Positions 34,173-44,238 of a DNA stretch of 64,000 nt are shown here, in pieces; within the stretch, counting starts at the first letter, position 1, and each line of letters opens with the position of its first letter. Position numbers and translations under genes: made by a program. The DNA comes from Gammaproteobacteria bacterium (GTDB taxonomy: Bacteria; Pseudomonadota; Gammaproteobacteria; Eutrophobiales; Eutrophobiaceae), in contig CBDEUK010000002.1 of assembly GCA_965243205.1 (NCBI GenBank), forward strand, positions 1,728,001 to 1,792,000, in the 5' to 3' direction. A model generated the notes under the pieces. It was not told where the DNA came from. It worked only from the letters and a program-made list of their open reading frames with translations, and searched no databases.

Positions 34173-35249
34173 TCAATTCGATATTCTACCATCTTTTACA
34201 CAACCACGTTCCACGTGAAACAATGTTGTTTGTGATTCAGGAAAAACATTTGCTTCTGTAGTTGTAATAAAACTTTGAACGCCTGCTGATTCAAGTTCAT
34301 GCAAAATGATTGCTCTAGATTCACTATCTAGCTCTGCTGCAACATCATCCAGTAAAAAAATAGGCTTGATGCCAATTTTTTCGATAATACAGTCTATTTC
34401 AGCTAGTTTCTGTGCGGAAATATAAAGTTTACTTTGTCCACGTGACAAAAACTTTGAAGCTTTTTGATCATCAATCAAAAAATCTATATTCGATCTATGT
34501 GGCCCATTAAGAGTAAACCCTCTTTCTTTATCTTGAATCCTATTTTTTTTAAGAATTTCTTTATATTCACTGATATTTTCTACGGTAGAGGTGTAAATTA
34601 CCCCCACATTGCCATCCAATATCTTATCAGCCTTTGTTTTAAATACTTCATCTATATGGCTTATCGCTTCTTGGCTCATTTGGATAATATTTTTTCCAAA
34701 CTCCACCATCTGATGTTCCCACGCATCCAATTCATTAGATTGACTGTTTTTCCTAAGCAGTAAATTTCGACTCCTAAGTGCTGTATGGTATTTTTTCCAC
34801 GATGATAAATACTTTGGTTCCACGTGGAACATATACCAATCCAACCATTTTCTTCGAATTTTTGGTCCTCCTGTCAATAACGAATGACTTTCCGTTGTTT
34901 GCGTAATAATCGGCAAGCTTGCTGCTTGTTCAGAAATAGACTGTACTGGTGATGATTGGAATCGTATACGTGACTTACTATCTTGTCGTGAGAAACCAGC
35001 TGTAACAGTTCCTAAACGATCATGATCAATTTGACCAGAGACCAATAGTTGCTGCTGCCCATTTTTTAATAATTCATTTATTTTTGGCGTTCGGAATGAC
35101 TTGGCGCGTGACAGTAAATGAATTGCTTCAAGAATACTGGTTTTGCCACTACCGTTTTTGCCATGGATGAGGTTTACCGCTTTTCCTGGGTAAATGACTT
35201 GTGATTCTATAATCCTGACATTATCGAGACTGAGTTTCTCAAACCTCAT
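34173..35249 (-). CDS. recF: DNA replication/repair protein RecF
   Basis: GKNGSGKTSILEA, GPHR, LSRGQ.K, LLDDVAAELD. Confidence 0.96.
   Translation of the reverse strand: MRFEKLSLDNVRIIESQVIYPGKAVNLIHGKNGSGKTSILEAIHLLSRAKSFRTPKINELLKNGQQQLLVSGQIDHDRLGTVTAGFSRQDSKSRIRFQSSPVQSISEQAASLPIITQTTESHSLLTGGPKIRRKWLDWYMFHVEPKYLSSWKKYHTALRSRNLLLRKNSQSNELDAWEHQMVEFGKNIIQMSQEAISHIDEVFKTKADKILDGNVGVIYTSTVENISEYKEILKKNRIQDKERGFTLNGPHRSNIDFLIDDQKASKFLSRGQSKLYISAQKLAEIDCIIEKIGIKPIFLLDDVAAELDSESRAIILHELESAGVQSFITTTEANVFPESQTTLFHVERGCVKDGRISN
34207..34222. promoter_or_regulatory. parS centromere site (inside recF)
   Basis: CGTTCCACGTGAAACA versus parS consensus TGTTNCACGTGAAACA. Confidence 0.85.
34816..34831. 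promoter_or_regulatory. parS centromere site (inside recF)
   Basis: GGTTCCACGTGGAACA (reverse complement TGTTCCACGTGGAACC). Confidence 0.85.
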
Positions 35250-35264
35250 ATTTCTATAGGCGTA

Positions 35265-36365
35265 CTATAGCCTCATTGGCATCACAACGTATTTGCAGGT
35301 TGAATCCCCATCAGGAAGGATCAGACAGCTACTATTTGCATCAAAGATCAGGATTTTTACCTTTTCTGTTTTAATTGCATTGATCGCGTCTAATAAATAA
35401 GAAACGTTAAACCCGATCTCTACCGTTGGTCCCGAGTATTCTGCTTCGATTTCTTCTTCAGCTTGCTCCTGTTCAGGGTTTTGTGCTTCTGCTTTTAATT
35501 TATTTTCTTCGATAGTAATTCTGACACCTCGATATTTTTCATTCGATAATATAGAGGCACGGGTTAAACTCTGTTTTAGTATTTCTTTGTCAGAGATTAG
35601 CGGCGTATCAATCGTTTCAGGTATAACTCTTTGATATTCTGGGAATTTTCCATCTATCAACTTGCTAGTCAACACTGTATCACCAACTTTGAAACGTATA
35701 TGGTTTGGTGTTAACTGGATGATCATTTTCTGTTCTTCCTGAGAAATGATCTTTATTAATTCTTGCACCGTTTTTCTTGGCAAAATCAGTTGCGGCTTTT
35801 CTACCGTTGGTAGAGTACATGACATTTCTTTAAGCGCGAGCCTATGCCCATCGGTTGCTACAGCTCTAAGAACATCTTTCTCAAATTCCAGCAACATGCC
35901 ATTAAGATAATAACGAACATCCTGTTGTGCCATAGCAAACATGGTGTCATGAATTAGAGTGTGAAATTCTATTTGGTTAAGAGTGAACTCAGTTTTTGTT
36001 TCAAGAAAATCCGTTTCAGGAAATTCTTCGGCAGGTTGTGTTACGAGAGTAAAGCGACTTTTACCTGATTTTAAGATCAGTTTTTCTTCATTTTTTTCAA
36101 AACGTATTTCTGCCTCTTCTGGTAAAGAACGACAAATATCTAAAAACTTTCTCGCGGGAACTGTAATTTGGCCTGTTGTTTCCATCTGCTTTTGTACAAC
36201 ACATTTCATTTCAACTTCCATATCAGTTGCAGTTACAGAAAAACTATCCGAAGAGAGTTTGAGTAGTAGATTAGACAAGATAGGTAAATTTTGCCTTCTA
36301 TCCACTACAGAATTAACTAATTGAAGAGCTGGTAAAAGATCTTCTCTTAATAAATTAAATTTCAT
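35265..36365 (-). CDS. dnaN: DNA polymerase III beta clamp
   Basis: ATDMEVE, QQDVRYYLNG, ATDGHRLA, LIDGKFP.Y, VVMPMRL. Confidence 0.98.
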   Translation of the reverse strand: MKFNLLREDLLPALQLVNSVVDRRQNLPILSNLLLKLSSDSFSVTATDMEVEMKCVVQKQMETTGQITVPARKFLDICRSLPEEAEIRFEKNEEKLILKSGKSRFTLVTQPAEEFPETDFLETKTEFTLNQIEFHTLIHDTMFAMAQQDVRYYLNGMLLEFEKDVLRAVATDGHRLALKEMSCTLPTVEKPQLILPRKTVQELIKIISQEEQKMIIQLTPNHIRFKVGDTVLTSKLIDGKFPEYQRVIPETIDTPLISDKEILKQSLTRASILSNEKYRGVRITIEENKLKAEAQNPEQEQAEEEIEAEYSGPTVEIGFNVSYLLDAINAIKTEKVKILIFDANSSCLILPDGDSTCKYVVMPMRL

Positions 36366-36562
36366 ATATATAACCCATTGTTGTTATATTTAATAAGCTA
36401 AAAAGCAAGGATAAATATAATTTCATAATTAAAACAAATAGTTACGAAATATATTTATGAAGTTTTTCTGTTTTCTTCTTGTTAATAACATGTTTAAAAA
36501 TATTGAATATATTTCATCATAATATTAACCATTAGTTATGCACAGACTCTCACACAGTTTCT
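36366..36562. other. Candidate oriC (dnaA-dnaN spacer)
   Basis: Very AT-rich 197 bp. DnaA box TTATGCACA 36536-36544; degenerate boxes TGTTAATAA 36480-36488 and TGTTTAAAA 36491-36499; IHF-like AAACAAATAGTTA 36432-36444. Confidence 0.55.
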
Positions 36563-37903
36563 TCAGTTTGTTAGAATTCGTTCTAAGTTGATATAATCTT
36601 CTTCAATTTTTTGATCTGTTTTCTTTAGCTCAGCGATCTTTCTGCAGGCATGCAAAACAGTTGTGTGATCTCTGCCACCAAAGGCATCCCCTATTTCCGG
36701 TAAACTATGATTGGTTAAATCTTTCGATAAAGCCATTGCAATCTGCCTAGGTCGAGCGACAGAACGGCTCCTGCGTTTGGATAATAATTCAGCTACTCTA
36801 ACCTTAAAATATTCTGCAGTCGTTTTTTGAATGTTCTCGATAGTTATTTGTTTGTCTTGGAGAAGTAAAAGATCTCTCAAAGCATATTGTACAAATTCCA
36901 TATTGATTGGGTTGCCTGTTAATTTAGAGTTGGCAATAACCCTATTGAGCGCTCCTTCTAGCTCACGGACATTGGAGCGAAAACGCTCAGCGATAAAAAA
37001 CGACACATCGTCAGGCAAACTGACTTTGGATTGCTGCGCTTTTTTTCGAATGATTGCAACACGTGTTTCAAGCTCAGGCGGCTCGATAGCAACAGTAAGA
37101 CCCCAACCAAAACGGGATTTAAGCCTTTCTTCAAGACCATTTACTTCTTTAGGATATCGGTCACAAGTTAGCACGATTTGGTGCTGGCCTTCTAAAAGAG
37201 CGTTAAATGTATGAAAAAATTCTTCTTGGGAGCGTTCTTTGTTAGCAAAAAACTGAATATCATCGATGAGTAATGCATCAACAGAGCGATAATAGCGCTT
37301 AAAATCGTTTATCGCATTGTGTTGAAGAGCTTTAACCATATCGGCAACAAAACGTTCTGAGTGTAAATAGGCAATGTTCGCGTTCGGGTTTTTTTCTAAT
37401 ATTTCAAGCCCAATAGCATGCATTAAATGGGTTTTTCCGAGGCCAACACCACCGTATAGAAATAACGGGTTATACGATGCACCTGGATTTTCTGCGGTTT
37501 GAATAGAAGCAGCCCTGGCTAATTGATTTGATTTACCTTCCACGAAAGATTCAAATGTAAATTCCGTTTTTAGATTATTAGAATGTTTTACCGTACTTTT
37601 ATTGGGTAGCTCGCTGGGCTTAGATGTATTTGCTACGGGAGGTTCTTTTTTAGCCTGAAACGATGGCGTTTGTGAACCAACTTCTATCTTTAGTTCAAAC
37701 TCTTCTTCTAAAATGGCGGATAAGTGTGAATGAATACTGTTGAAATATTGTTCGCTAACCCAATCTTTCACAAAACGGTTTGGTGCGAGTAGCCGGATAT
37801 GGCTTTGGTCTATAACAGCTTGTAATGGCCTAATCCAAGTATTAAAAAGTTGCGGTGAAAGCTCAACTTCAAGGCGTTCTAGACATTGTTGCCAAGGCGA
37901 CAT
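36563..37903 (-). CDS. dnaA: Chromosomal replication initiator DnaA
   Basis: [49 protein letters not shown]. Confidence 0.99.
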   Translation of the reverse strand: MSPWQQCLERLEVELSPQLFNTWIRPLQAVIDQSHIRLLAPNRFVKDWVSEQYFNSIHSHLSAILEEEFELKIEVGSQTPSFQAKKEPPVANTSKPSELPNKSTVKHSNNLKTEFTFESFVEGKSNQLARAASIQTAENPGASYNPLFLYGGVGLGKTHLMHAIGLEILEKNPNANIAYLHSERFVADMVKALQHNAINDFKRYYRSVDALLIDDIQFFANKERSQEEFFHTFNALLEGQHQIVLTCDRYPKEVNGLEERLKSRFGWGLTVAIEPPELETRVAIIRKKAQQSKVSLPDDVSFFIAERFRSNVRELEGALNRVIANSKLTGNPINMEFVQYALRDLLLLQDKQITIENIQKTTAEYFKVRVAELLSKRRSRSVARPRQIAMALSKDLTNHSLPEIGDAFGGRDHTTVLHACRKIAELKKTDQKIEEDYINLERILTN

Positions 37904-37981
37904 TGTGAAATATTAGACCTCGTTGGAAAAATGAAAGATGGTTCAAAAAAACTAATGAGACAGTATACAGTTTTGCTAGAC

Positions 37982-37990
37982 TTATCCACA
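37982..37990 (+). promoter_or_regulatory. Perfect DnaA box in the dnaA-rpmH spacer
   Basis: TTATCCACA, 79 bp upstream of dnaA. Confidence 0.85.
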
Positions 37991-38022
37991 ACCATCATCA
38001 CGATAAAATGATGAATCATTGA

Positions 38023-38052
38023 TTGACAAATAAAAGGTGTCGACAGTAATAT
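38023..38052 (+). promoter_or_regulatory. Sigma70 promoter for the rpmH operon
   Basis: TTGACA-N18-TAATAT followed by a GC-rich discriminator (AGCGGCCC). Confidence 0.6.
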
Positions 38053-38088
38053 AGCGGCCCTTTTGAATCTGGCACAAAAGCGAAGAAA

Positions 38089-38223
38089 ATGAAACAAACA
38101 TTTAACCCAAGCAACTTAAAACGCAAAAGAACTCATGGCTTCCGCGCAAGAATGGCAACAAAGTCAGGCCGTCTAGTTATCAAGTCACGTCGTGCAAAAG
38201 GCCGCAAAAAGCTCTCTGCCTAG
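38089..38223 (+). CDS. rpmH: 50S ribosomal protein L34 (not in ORF track)
   Basis: Hand translation [44 protein letters not shown]. Confidence 0.98.
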   Translation: MKQTFNPSNLKRKRTHGFRARMATKSGRLVIKSRRAKGRKKLSA

Positions 38224-38254
38224 AGAGAATTTAGCCTCTTTTTGAGATAAAAGA

Positions 38255-38605
38255 CTGTTAAATAACCTTACAAAACAACACAGGTTACTCAAACAGCACG
38301 AATACCAAAGAGTCTTTTCAACCCCTGTTCGCATCTCAGATTCATCTTTACTCTTATTAGCCCGTGCAAACGGTGATAAGATAGCGCGCCTCGGTCTTGC
38401 GGTTTCAAAGAAAAGAATCAAGAATTCAGTCGATAGAAACCTAGTTAAGCGTCTCATCAGAGAAAGCTTTAGATTGAATAAAGACAAGATTGTCGGATGG
38501 GATGTGGTGATCATAACCCATAGGAATATGGAAAAGATTAATAAACAACGTATAAATAAAAGCATCAATAATCACTGGCGTGCCCTGCAGAAATGCAAAA
38601 AATAA
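38255..38605 (+). CDS. rnpA: Ribonuclease P protein component (not in ORF track; probable CTG start)
   Basis: Hand translation ...KQHRLLKQHEYQRVF...ARLGLAVSKKRIKNSVDRNLVKRLIRESFR...WDVVII...; in-frame TGA at 38243-38245 bounds the start. Confidence 0.93.
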   Translation: MLNNLTKQHRLLKQHEYQRVFSTPVRISDSSLLLLARANGDKIARLGLAVSKKRIKNSVDRNLVKRLIRESFRLNKDKIVGWDVVIITHRNMEKINKQRINKSINNHWRALQKCKK

Positions 38606-38808
38606 TTATTAAGATCATTCAGTTTTATCAGTTTTTTATTAGCCCAATGTTAGGCCAAAACTGTCGTTATATTCCTACGTGCTCTGAATATTCAATAGAA
38701 GCAATTAAAACCCACGGTACAGTAAAAGGTGTGTTTTTAGCATCGAAAAGAATTTGTACTTGCCAACCTTTTTGTAAAGGCGGGCATGATCCTGTCCCAA
38801 ATAAATAA
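38593..38808 (+). CDS. yidD: Membrane protein insertion efficiency factor YidD
   Basis: YQFFISP, CRYIPTCSEY, RI..C.PF..GG.DPVP. Confidence 0.95.
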   Translation: MQKIIIKIIQFYQFFISPMLGQNCRYIPTCSEYSIEAIKTHGTVKGVFLASKRICTCQPFCKGGHDPVPNK

Positions 38809-38823
38809 CAAAAGAAAAAAATC

Positions 38824-40482
38824 ATGGATACAAGCAAGTTAATCTTATTATTAGCAATTGGTATGGTCGGCATGATGCTGGTCCAAGAATGGGAAAAGGA
38901 TTATGGTCAACCATCGACAACAACAGTTGAACAAACACAGACTCAAATCACAGCTAATTCAAATGAAGAAATTCCTGATTTGCCGCTATTGGAGGGAAAT
39001 GAAGCAAGTTTTCAGGCCAGCACTGATGAAGAATTAAATAACGGTAAAATCAATTCTTCGCATGAAAAAATAAACGTTGTTACTGATGTTTTTGATATCG
39101 AAATAGCATTACAAGGCGCAACAATAGAAAAATTATCATTACTACAGTACCCGACCGAACACGGCGATGTTGATAACCCTTTAGTTTTATTAGATAACAC
39201 CTCTTCTTTGTTTTATATCATGCAAGGTGGTTTGCGAGGGGAAAGTGAATTACCAACACACAAAAGCTTATATTCCTCTTCAGATTCTAGTTATGTTCTA
39301 CAAGAAGGAGAAGATACGTTAAAAGTAAATTTCTTTTGGCAGTCAGATGAACTAAAAGTAACTAAGACATACAGTTTTGATCGTGATAGTTACGTCATAG
39401 ATATTGATTATCAAGTTGAAAATATTTCTTCTCAATCAATCAAGTTAGCTGCATATAATCAATTACAACGTAGTAACCCTCGAGAAGGCCATAAATTACT
39501 TTACACATATACGGGCGCCGTTTTATCCACTCCAGAAGAAGTGTATGAAAAGTGGTCATTTGATGATTTAGATGAAAAAGATATTAATTCAAGCGTTTCA
39601 GGTGGTTGGATTGCGTTCCTTCAACATTATTTTGTTAGTGCGTTATATCCTGAGCAACCTGAAAATACCCAGCAATATTACAGTATTGCCTTAAACGAAA
39701 AAAATCGTTATTTCATCGGTACTATGACTTCAGCAGTAGAAATTGCTCCTGGAGGAATTGAGTCTTTAAGACAACAAGCATACATTGGCCCTAAGGAACA
39801 GAAACGACTCGAAAAAGTAGTACCAAATTTAGATTTAGTGGTTGATTATGGTGTTCTATGGTTTATTGCTAAACCATTGTTTAAAGCTTTAGATTGGTTT
39901 CATTCTCTTACTGGTAACTGGGGTTGGGCTATTATCTTAGTGACTATCGCGATCAAACTTTTGTTTTATCCTTTATCCGCTGCTGGTTACCGTTCGATGG
40001 CAAACTTACGAAGAGTTCAGCCACGGCTACTATCGATTCGTGAACGTTATAAAAATGATCGAACTCGACTTAATCAAGCGATGATGGATTTGTATAAAGA
40101 GGAAAAGATCAACCCGTTAGGCGGCTGTTTTCCTATACTTATCCAAATACCTGTATTTATTGCTTTGTATTGGGTGTTATTAGAATCTGTAGAAATGCGC
40201 CAAGCTCCATTTATGTTATGGTTGCAGGATTTATCAAGCCCAGATCCAATTTATGTATTGCCTTTGTTGATGGGTGTGACCATGTTCATTCAACAAAAAC
40301 TTAATCCGCCGCCAACGGATCCAGTACAAGAAAAAGTTCTAAGCTTTTTACCTATTGTGTTTACGGTGTTTTTTGCCTTTTTCCCATCTGGTTTGGTGTT
40401 GTATTGGGTGTCGAATAATATCTTATCAATAATTCAGCAAGCTCGTATAAACCATACTTTAGAAAAGGCTGGTCTTAAGTAG
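38824..40482 (+). CDS. yidC: Membrane protein insertase YidC
   Basis: QHYF, GPK, VDYG.LWFI, GNWGWAII, NPLGGCFP, PSGLVLYW. Confidence 0.97.
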   Translation: MDTSKLILLLAIGMVGMMLVQEWEKDYGQPSTTTVEQTQTQITANSNEEIPDLPLLEGNEASFQASTDEELNNGKINSSHEKINVVTDVFDIEIALQGATIEKLSLLQYPTEHGDVDNPLVLLDNTSSLFYIMQGGLRGESELPTHKSLYSSSDSSYVLQEGEDTLKVNFFWQSDELKVTKTYSFDRDSYVIDIDYQVENISSQSIKLAAYNQLQRSNPREGHKLLYTYTGAVLSTPEEVYEKWSFDDLDEKDINSSVSGGWIAFLQHYFVSALYPEQPENTQQYYSIALNEKNRYFIGTMTSAVEIAPGGIESLRQQAYIGPKEQKRLEKVVPNLDLVVDYGVLWFIAKPLFKALDWFHSLTGNWGWAIILVTIAIKLLFYPLSAAGYRSMANLRRVQPRLLSIRERYKNDRTRLNQAMMDLYKEEKINPLGGCFPILIQIPVFIALYWVLLESVEMRQAPFMLWLQDLSSPDPIYVLPLLMGVTMFIQQKLNPPPTDPVQEKVLSFLPIVFTVFFAFFPSGLVLYWVSNNILSIIQQARINHTLEKAGLK

Positions 40483-40484
40483 CA

Positions 40485-41828
40485 ATGGATAAAGGCGTCT
40501 TTGATGCCAAAGCAGAAGCAATCGTTGCAATCGCAACAGCACAGGGCAGAGCGGCTATCGGGATTGTTCGCTTAACAGGCTCTGGCTCTAAAGAGATCGC
40601 TCAGAAAATTTGCAGAAAAGAATTAAAACCAAGGTTTGCTGAGTTTTGTAAGTTTTTTGATAGTCATCAACAAACAATCGATGAAGGCATCTGTCTTTTT
40701 TTTCCTTCTCCAAATTCTTTTACTGGTGAAGATATTATTGAGTTTCAATCTCATGGATCTCCACAAGCCTTAAATTTAATACAACAAGAATGCGTAAAAC
40801 TCGGTGCACGCTTAGCAAAGCCAGGTGAGTTTACTGAGAGAGCATTTTTGAATGGAAAAATTGATCTTACGCAAGCTGAAGCAATAGCCGATGTTATAGA
40901 AGCGCAAAGCGAACAAAGTTTAAAAAGTGCAAACGAATCATTGCAAGGGAAATTCAAACGAGACATTAATGATATTTTATCTCAACTTATTAATTTAAGA
41001 GTTTATATTGAAGGTGCGATGGATTTTGCAGAAGAAGAAATCGACTTTTTAGAAAATAAAGAATTGCTGAATAAGTTCACTGAACTTTTAGAACAATTAA
41101 AAAGTATTGTTAAAAATACAAAGGCGTCTATGTTACTACGACAGGGTGTTAAAGTTGCTATTTACGGCGAACCCAATGTTGGTAAGTCAACATTATTAAA
41201 TCAACTTACTGGTAGAAACGTTGCCATAGTAACGAATGTTCCTGGCACTACACGAGATCAACTAGAACAACAAATTATTATTGACGGTGTGCCTGTGTTA
41301 TTAATTGATACTGCAGGCATAAGAGAAACGGAAGACATGGTTGAGAAACAAGGTGTAGAAAGAGCAATTCAAGTTAGAGAGCAAGCCGATATTGTTTTGA
41401 ATATTTTTGATGCTACTAAGCGGTTAAAAATACTAGAGTTAGAAAAAGAAAAAAACACAAGAATAATCGTAATTAATAAGATCGATTTAGTTGAAAAGCA
41501 AAAATTTGATGACGGTAAAAACACGGTGTTTATTTCAGCGAAAAATAATCAAGGCATAGATAGGCTTATACAAGTTTTAGGGGAAGTAATTAAGTCTAAA
41601 GAACTCTTAGAGACACCGAATATTGCAAGGAGTCGATATGTTGAAGCATTAAATAGAACAGTTGAACATATAAAAAATGCAGAAGCATATTTAAAACAAA
41701 CCAAGAGCGGAGAGATAGTTGCTGAAGAATTATTGTTAGCCCAGAATGCATTATCTGAGATAACAGGCGAATATTTGCCAGATGATTTATTAGGAGAAAT
41801 CTTCTCTAGGTTTTGTATTGGAAAGTAA
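40485..41828 (+). CDS. mnmE: tRNA modification GTPase MnmE
   Basis: SFTGED, GEFTERAFLNGK, G.PNVGKSTLLN, DTAGIR, NKID, FCIGK C-terminus. Confidence 0.98.
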   Translation: MDKGVFDAKAEAIVAIATAQGRAAIGIVRLTGSGSKEIAQKICRKELKPRFAEFCKFFDSHQQTIDEGICLFFPSPNSFTGEDIIEFQSHGSPQALNLIQQECVKLGARLAKPGEFTERAFLNGKIDLTQAEAIADVIEAQSEQSLKSANESLQGKFKRDINDILSQLINLRVYIEGAMDFAEEEIDFLENKELLNKFTELLEQLKSIVKNTKASMLLRQGVKVAIYGEPNVGKSTLLNQLTGRNVAIVTNVPGTTRDQLEQQIIIDGVPVLLIDTAGIRETEDMVEKQGVERAIQVREQADIVLNIFDATKRLKILELEKEKNTRIIVINKIDLVEKQKFDDGKNTVFISAKNNQGIDRLIQVLGEVIKSKELLETPNIARSRYVEALNRTVEHIKNAEAYLKQTKSGEIVAEELLLAQNALSEITGEYLPDDLLGEIFSRFCIGK

Positions 41829-41830
41829 AA

Positions 41831-42871
41831 TTATTTCATTATATTCAATAAAGACTCATAACACATTTCTATCTTAGGAATAACCACCTGCTCAGAGAAG
41901 TTTTGCCTAAAATGTTCATTTGCTTTGTCTGCTATGGGTTGTAACTCAGCTATGTTTTTACAAGAGATCAGCAGTTGTTCATGGAGACTATCAACATCAT
42001 CTGTTTCGCATAATAGAGCGGTATCCTTATTCAAAAATTGTCTGGGTCCTTCGCTTTTAGTAGAAATAATCAATTTTCCTCTAGCCATCGCTTCTAAAAC
42101 CGCAATTCCAAAAGGTTCAAGACGTGAAGGTAAAACAAAAACATCGTGCTGATCTAATAATTCTGTAATGTTGTTTGCCCAAGGCAATAGATGAATTTTT
42201 TCTTCGCAATGATGTTTTTGTATCAGAGAAGACAATAAATTTTTTTGATCGCCATCACCAACGATATTTAATGTAATATTATTTTGGTAACTTAATAGTT
42301 TAGCAAAAGCTTGTATTAATAAATCAAAACCTTTTTTATGAACAAAACGCCCAAAGGCTAAATAGCGAATAGGTTTGTGATCAGAAATAATATGACGTTT
42401 AGAGCCTAGTCTAGAAAAATTTTGTATTACTTCTATTTTAGAGTTTGTTTCTGGAAATGAATCTACTATGAATTTTTTATGTTCTTCGGTTAAAGAAATT
42501 ATTTTGTCGGCGTAAGCATAGGTTTTTATTGAATTATAATTATGTACTGAAGCGACAACAGGAAAGCTCAAGCTTTGTGATGCCTTACCAGCAAACCCCA
42601 TGCTTCTTCTTAGATGAATATGCACGATATCAGGTTTAAAATTTAGTAGTAGTTTTTTTAATTTTAATTTAGCAAAAGGATTTTGCCTGAATAAAAGAGG
42701 TATAATTTCATGAGAAACAAGATTTTTTTCTAATTGCTCTTGGCTTTTTGAATGTTTATCAATAACTGCTAGTACAGTATGCCCTCTTTTTTGTAATCCT
42801 ATTGATGTATCAACAAACGCTCTTTCTGCGCCACCAAAACCTTTGCAAATCATTATTTGGCAAACTTTCAT
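41831..42871 (-). CDS. Glycosyltransferase family 4
   Basis: GGAER, GRF..KKG.D.LI, PSR.EPFGIAVLEAMA.G. Confidence 0.9.
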   Translation of the reverse strand: MKVCQIMICKGFGGAERAFVDTSIGLQKRGHTVLAVIDKHSKSQEQLEKNLVSHEIIPLLFRQNPFAKLKLKKLLLNFKPDIVHIHLRRSMGFAGKASQSLSFPVVASVHNYNSIKTYAYADKIISLTEEHKKFIVDSFPETNSKIEVIQNFSRLGSKRHIISDHKPIRYLAFGRFVHKKGFDLLIQAFAKLLSYQNNITLNIVGDGDQKNLLSSLIQKHHCEEKIHLLPWANNITELLDQHDVFVLPSRLEPFGIAVLEAMARGKLIISTKSEGPRQFLNKDTALLCETDDVDSLHEQLLISCKNIAELQPIADKANEHFRQNFSEQVVIPKIEMCYESLLNIMK

Positions 42872-44136
42872 GTCTTATTTTTTTGTTCCGAAACATTCGA
42901 TAATATATAAAAGCCTCCGGAAAGTAATGATATAAAAACAAGCCACCAACTTCTCCACAGAGGGAAACCTACCATCCATATTGAAAGCGCGCAGACAAAA
43001 CAAGCTACAGCAAAAGGTATTACATAAGGATTCAGTGTATAAATTCCATTGATGATAGTGTTCAGTATTAAGATTAAAATGATAAGACCAGGAAAGCCTA
43101 GTTCAAGGGTAATTTGTAAGAATATGTTATGTGGGTATGAAAAATCTGGCCTATTGATACTTTCATCATACTTAAAAACTTCATTTGTTAGTTCAGCTTT
43201 AAATGCTTCATTTGTTGGTTCAAGATATTTCGAGTCGGAATTGCCCCATCCTGTGAAAGGCTTTTCCATAATTTTACTAATGGATCTTTCCCATATATCA
43301 ATTCTATGAAGACTGGATAGGCCTATATGTTGGTTCAATGTTTGTGCAATAGAACTATCTGGGTCTTGTTGATAAATTTGTTTTGGTAGAAAAAAAACAC
43401 ATATGATTGATATAACAATAAAAGCTTTTAATAGAAACTTGCTCTGTATAGTAAAAAAACATGAGATCAATAAAAATAATGAAGATAATGCCAAGCCTAG
43501 TACAGCAGCAGAACTTTCGCTAATAGCAGCCGATAAACAGATTACTAAAAAGAAAAAAAAGGAAATCGGTTTTGACAATTTATCGAATGTGGATTTAGAT
43601 GTAATGAGTGCAGCAACAAACCAAAACATTACTGTGCAAGCCATAATAACCTTATTTAATTCCACATAAGACATAGATAGTTCTTTCCCTGAAATATATT
43701 GCTTAATCGAAAAATTAAAGTGTATTTGTAGATAAGAAATGATAACTAATAAAAAAAATAAACAAGGCAAATATAACCGTATGCAAACCGAATTAACTAA
43801 TGATTTAAAGCTATTTGACGAAAATAAAAAGAGAATAGGTGTAGTTAATAGTGTTAGCTTAAATACATTGCTGAAAGCGCTTGAGTCTTTATGAGAATAG
43901 AAAGGAAATATAAAAGACAGTGTTAATAATAAAATAAAGTAGACAATAATTATTGAATTAAAACGGTTGAGTATAGTTTTTCGAATATAAAGTAAGGCAG
44001 AAAGCAAGCTTAGAAAAAAACATATGACCCCAATTAAGTGTGGAGAAGTAGCGCTAAATATCGCCAAACAGAAAAAGCACAAGATCAATAAAAAATTAGA
44101 GAATGCTTCTGTTTTTCCCAAAATTAAAGAGTTCAT
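42868..44136 (-). CDS. O-antigen ligase (WaaL/Wzy_C) family protein
   Basis: Polytopic membrane protein; S..HR..IW......I.EKPFTGWG and PHNIFLQ..LELG..G. Confidence 0.85.
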   Translation of the reverse strand: MNSLILGKTEAFSNFLLILCFFCLAIFSATSPHLIGVICFFLSLLSALLYIRKTILNRFNSIIIVYFILLLTLSFIFPFYSHKDSSAFSNVFKLTLLTTPILFLFSSNSFKSLVNSVCIRLYLPCLFFLLVIISYLQIHFNFSIKQYISGKELSMSYVELNKVIMACTVMFWFVAALITSKSTFDKLSKPISFFFFLVICLSAAISESSAAVLGLALSSLFLLISCFFTIQSKFLLKAFIVISIICVFFLPKQIYQQDPDSSIAQTLNQHIGLSSLHRIDIWERSISKIMEKPFTGWGNSDSKYLEPTNEAFKAELTNEVFKYDESINRPDFSYPHNIFLQITLELGFPGLIILILILNTIINGIYTLNPYVIPFAVACFVCALSIWMVGFPLWRSWWLVFISLLSGGFYILSNVSEQKNKT

Positions 44137-44238
44137 TGTCAGAGGTTTAAATATTTATAAATTAATTCTGTTTGTCTAATAATAGAGATAGTGTATTGTA
44201 CGCACCCATAAAAATACAGTTTATATACAGGTTTTATT

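Noticed and set aside
38185-38568. 127-aa minus-strand ORF
   Set aside because: Antisense shadow of rpmH/rnpA.
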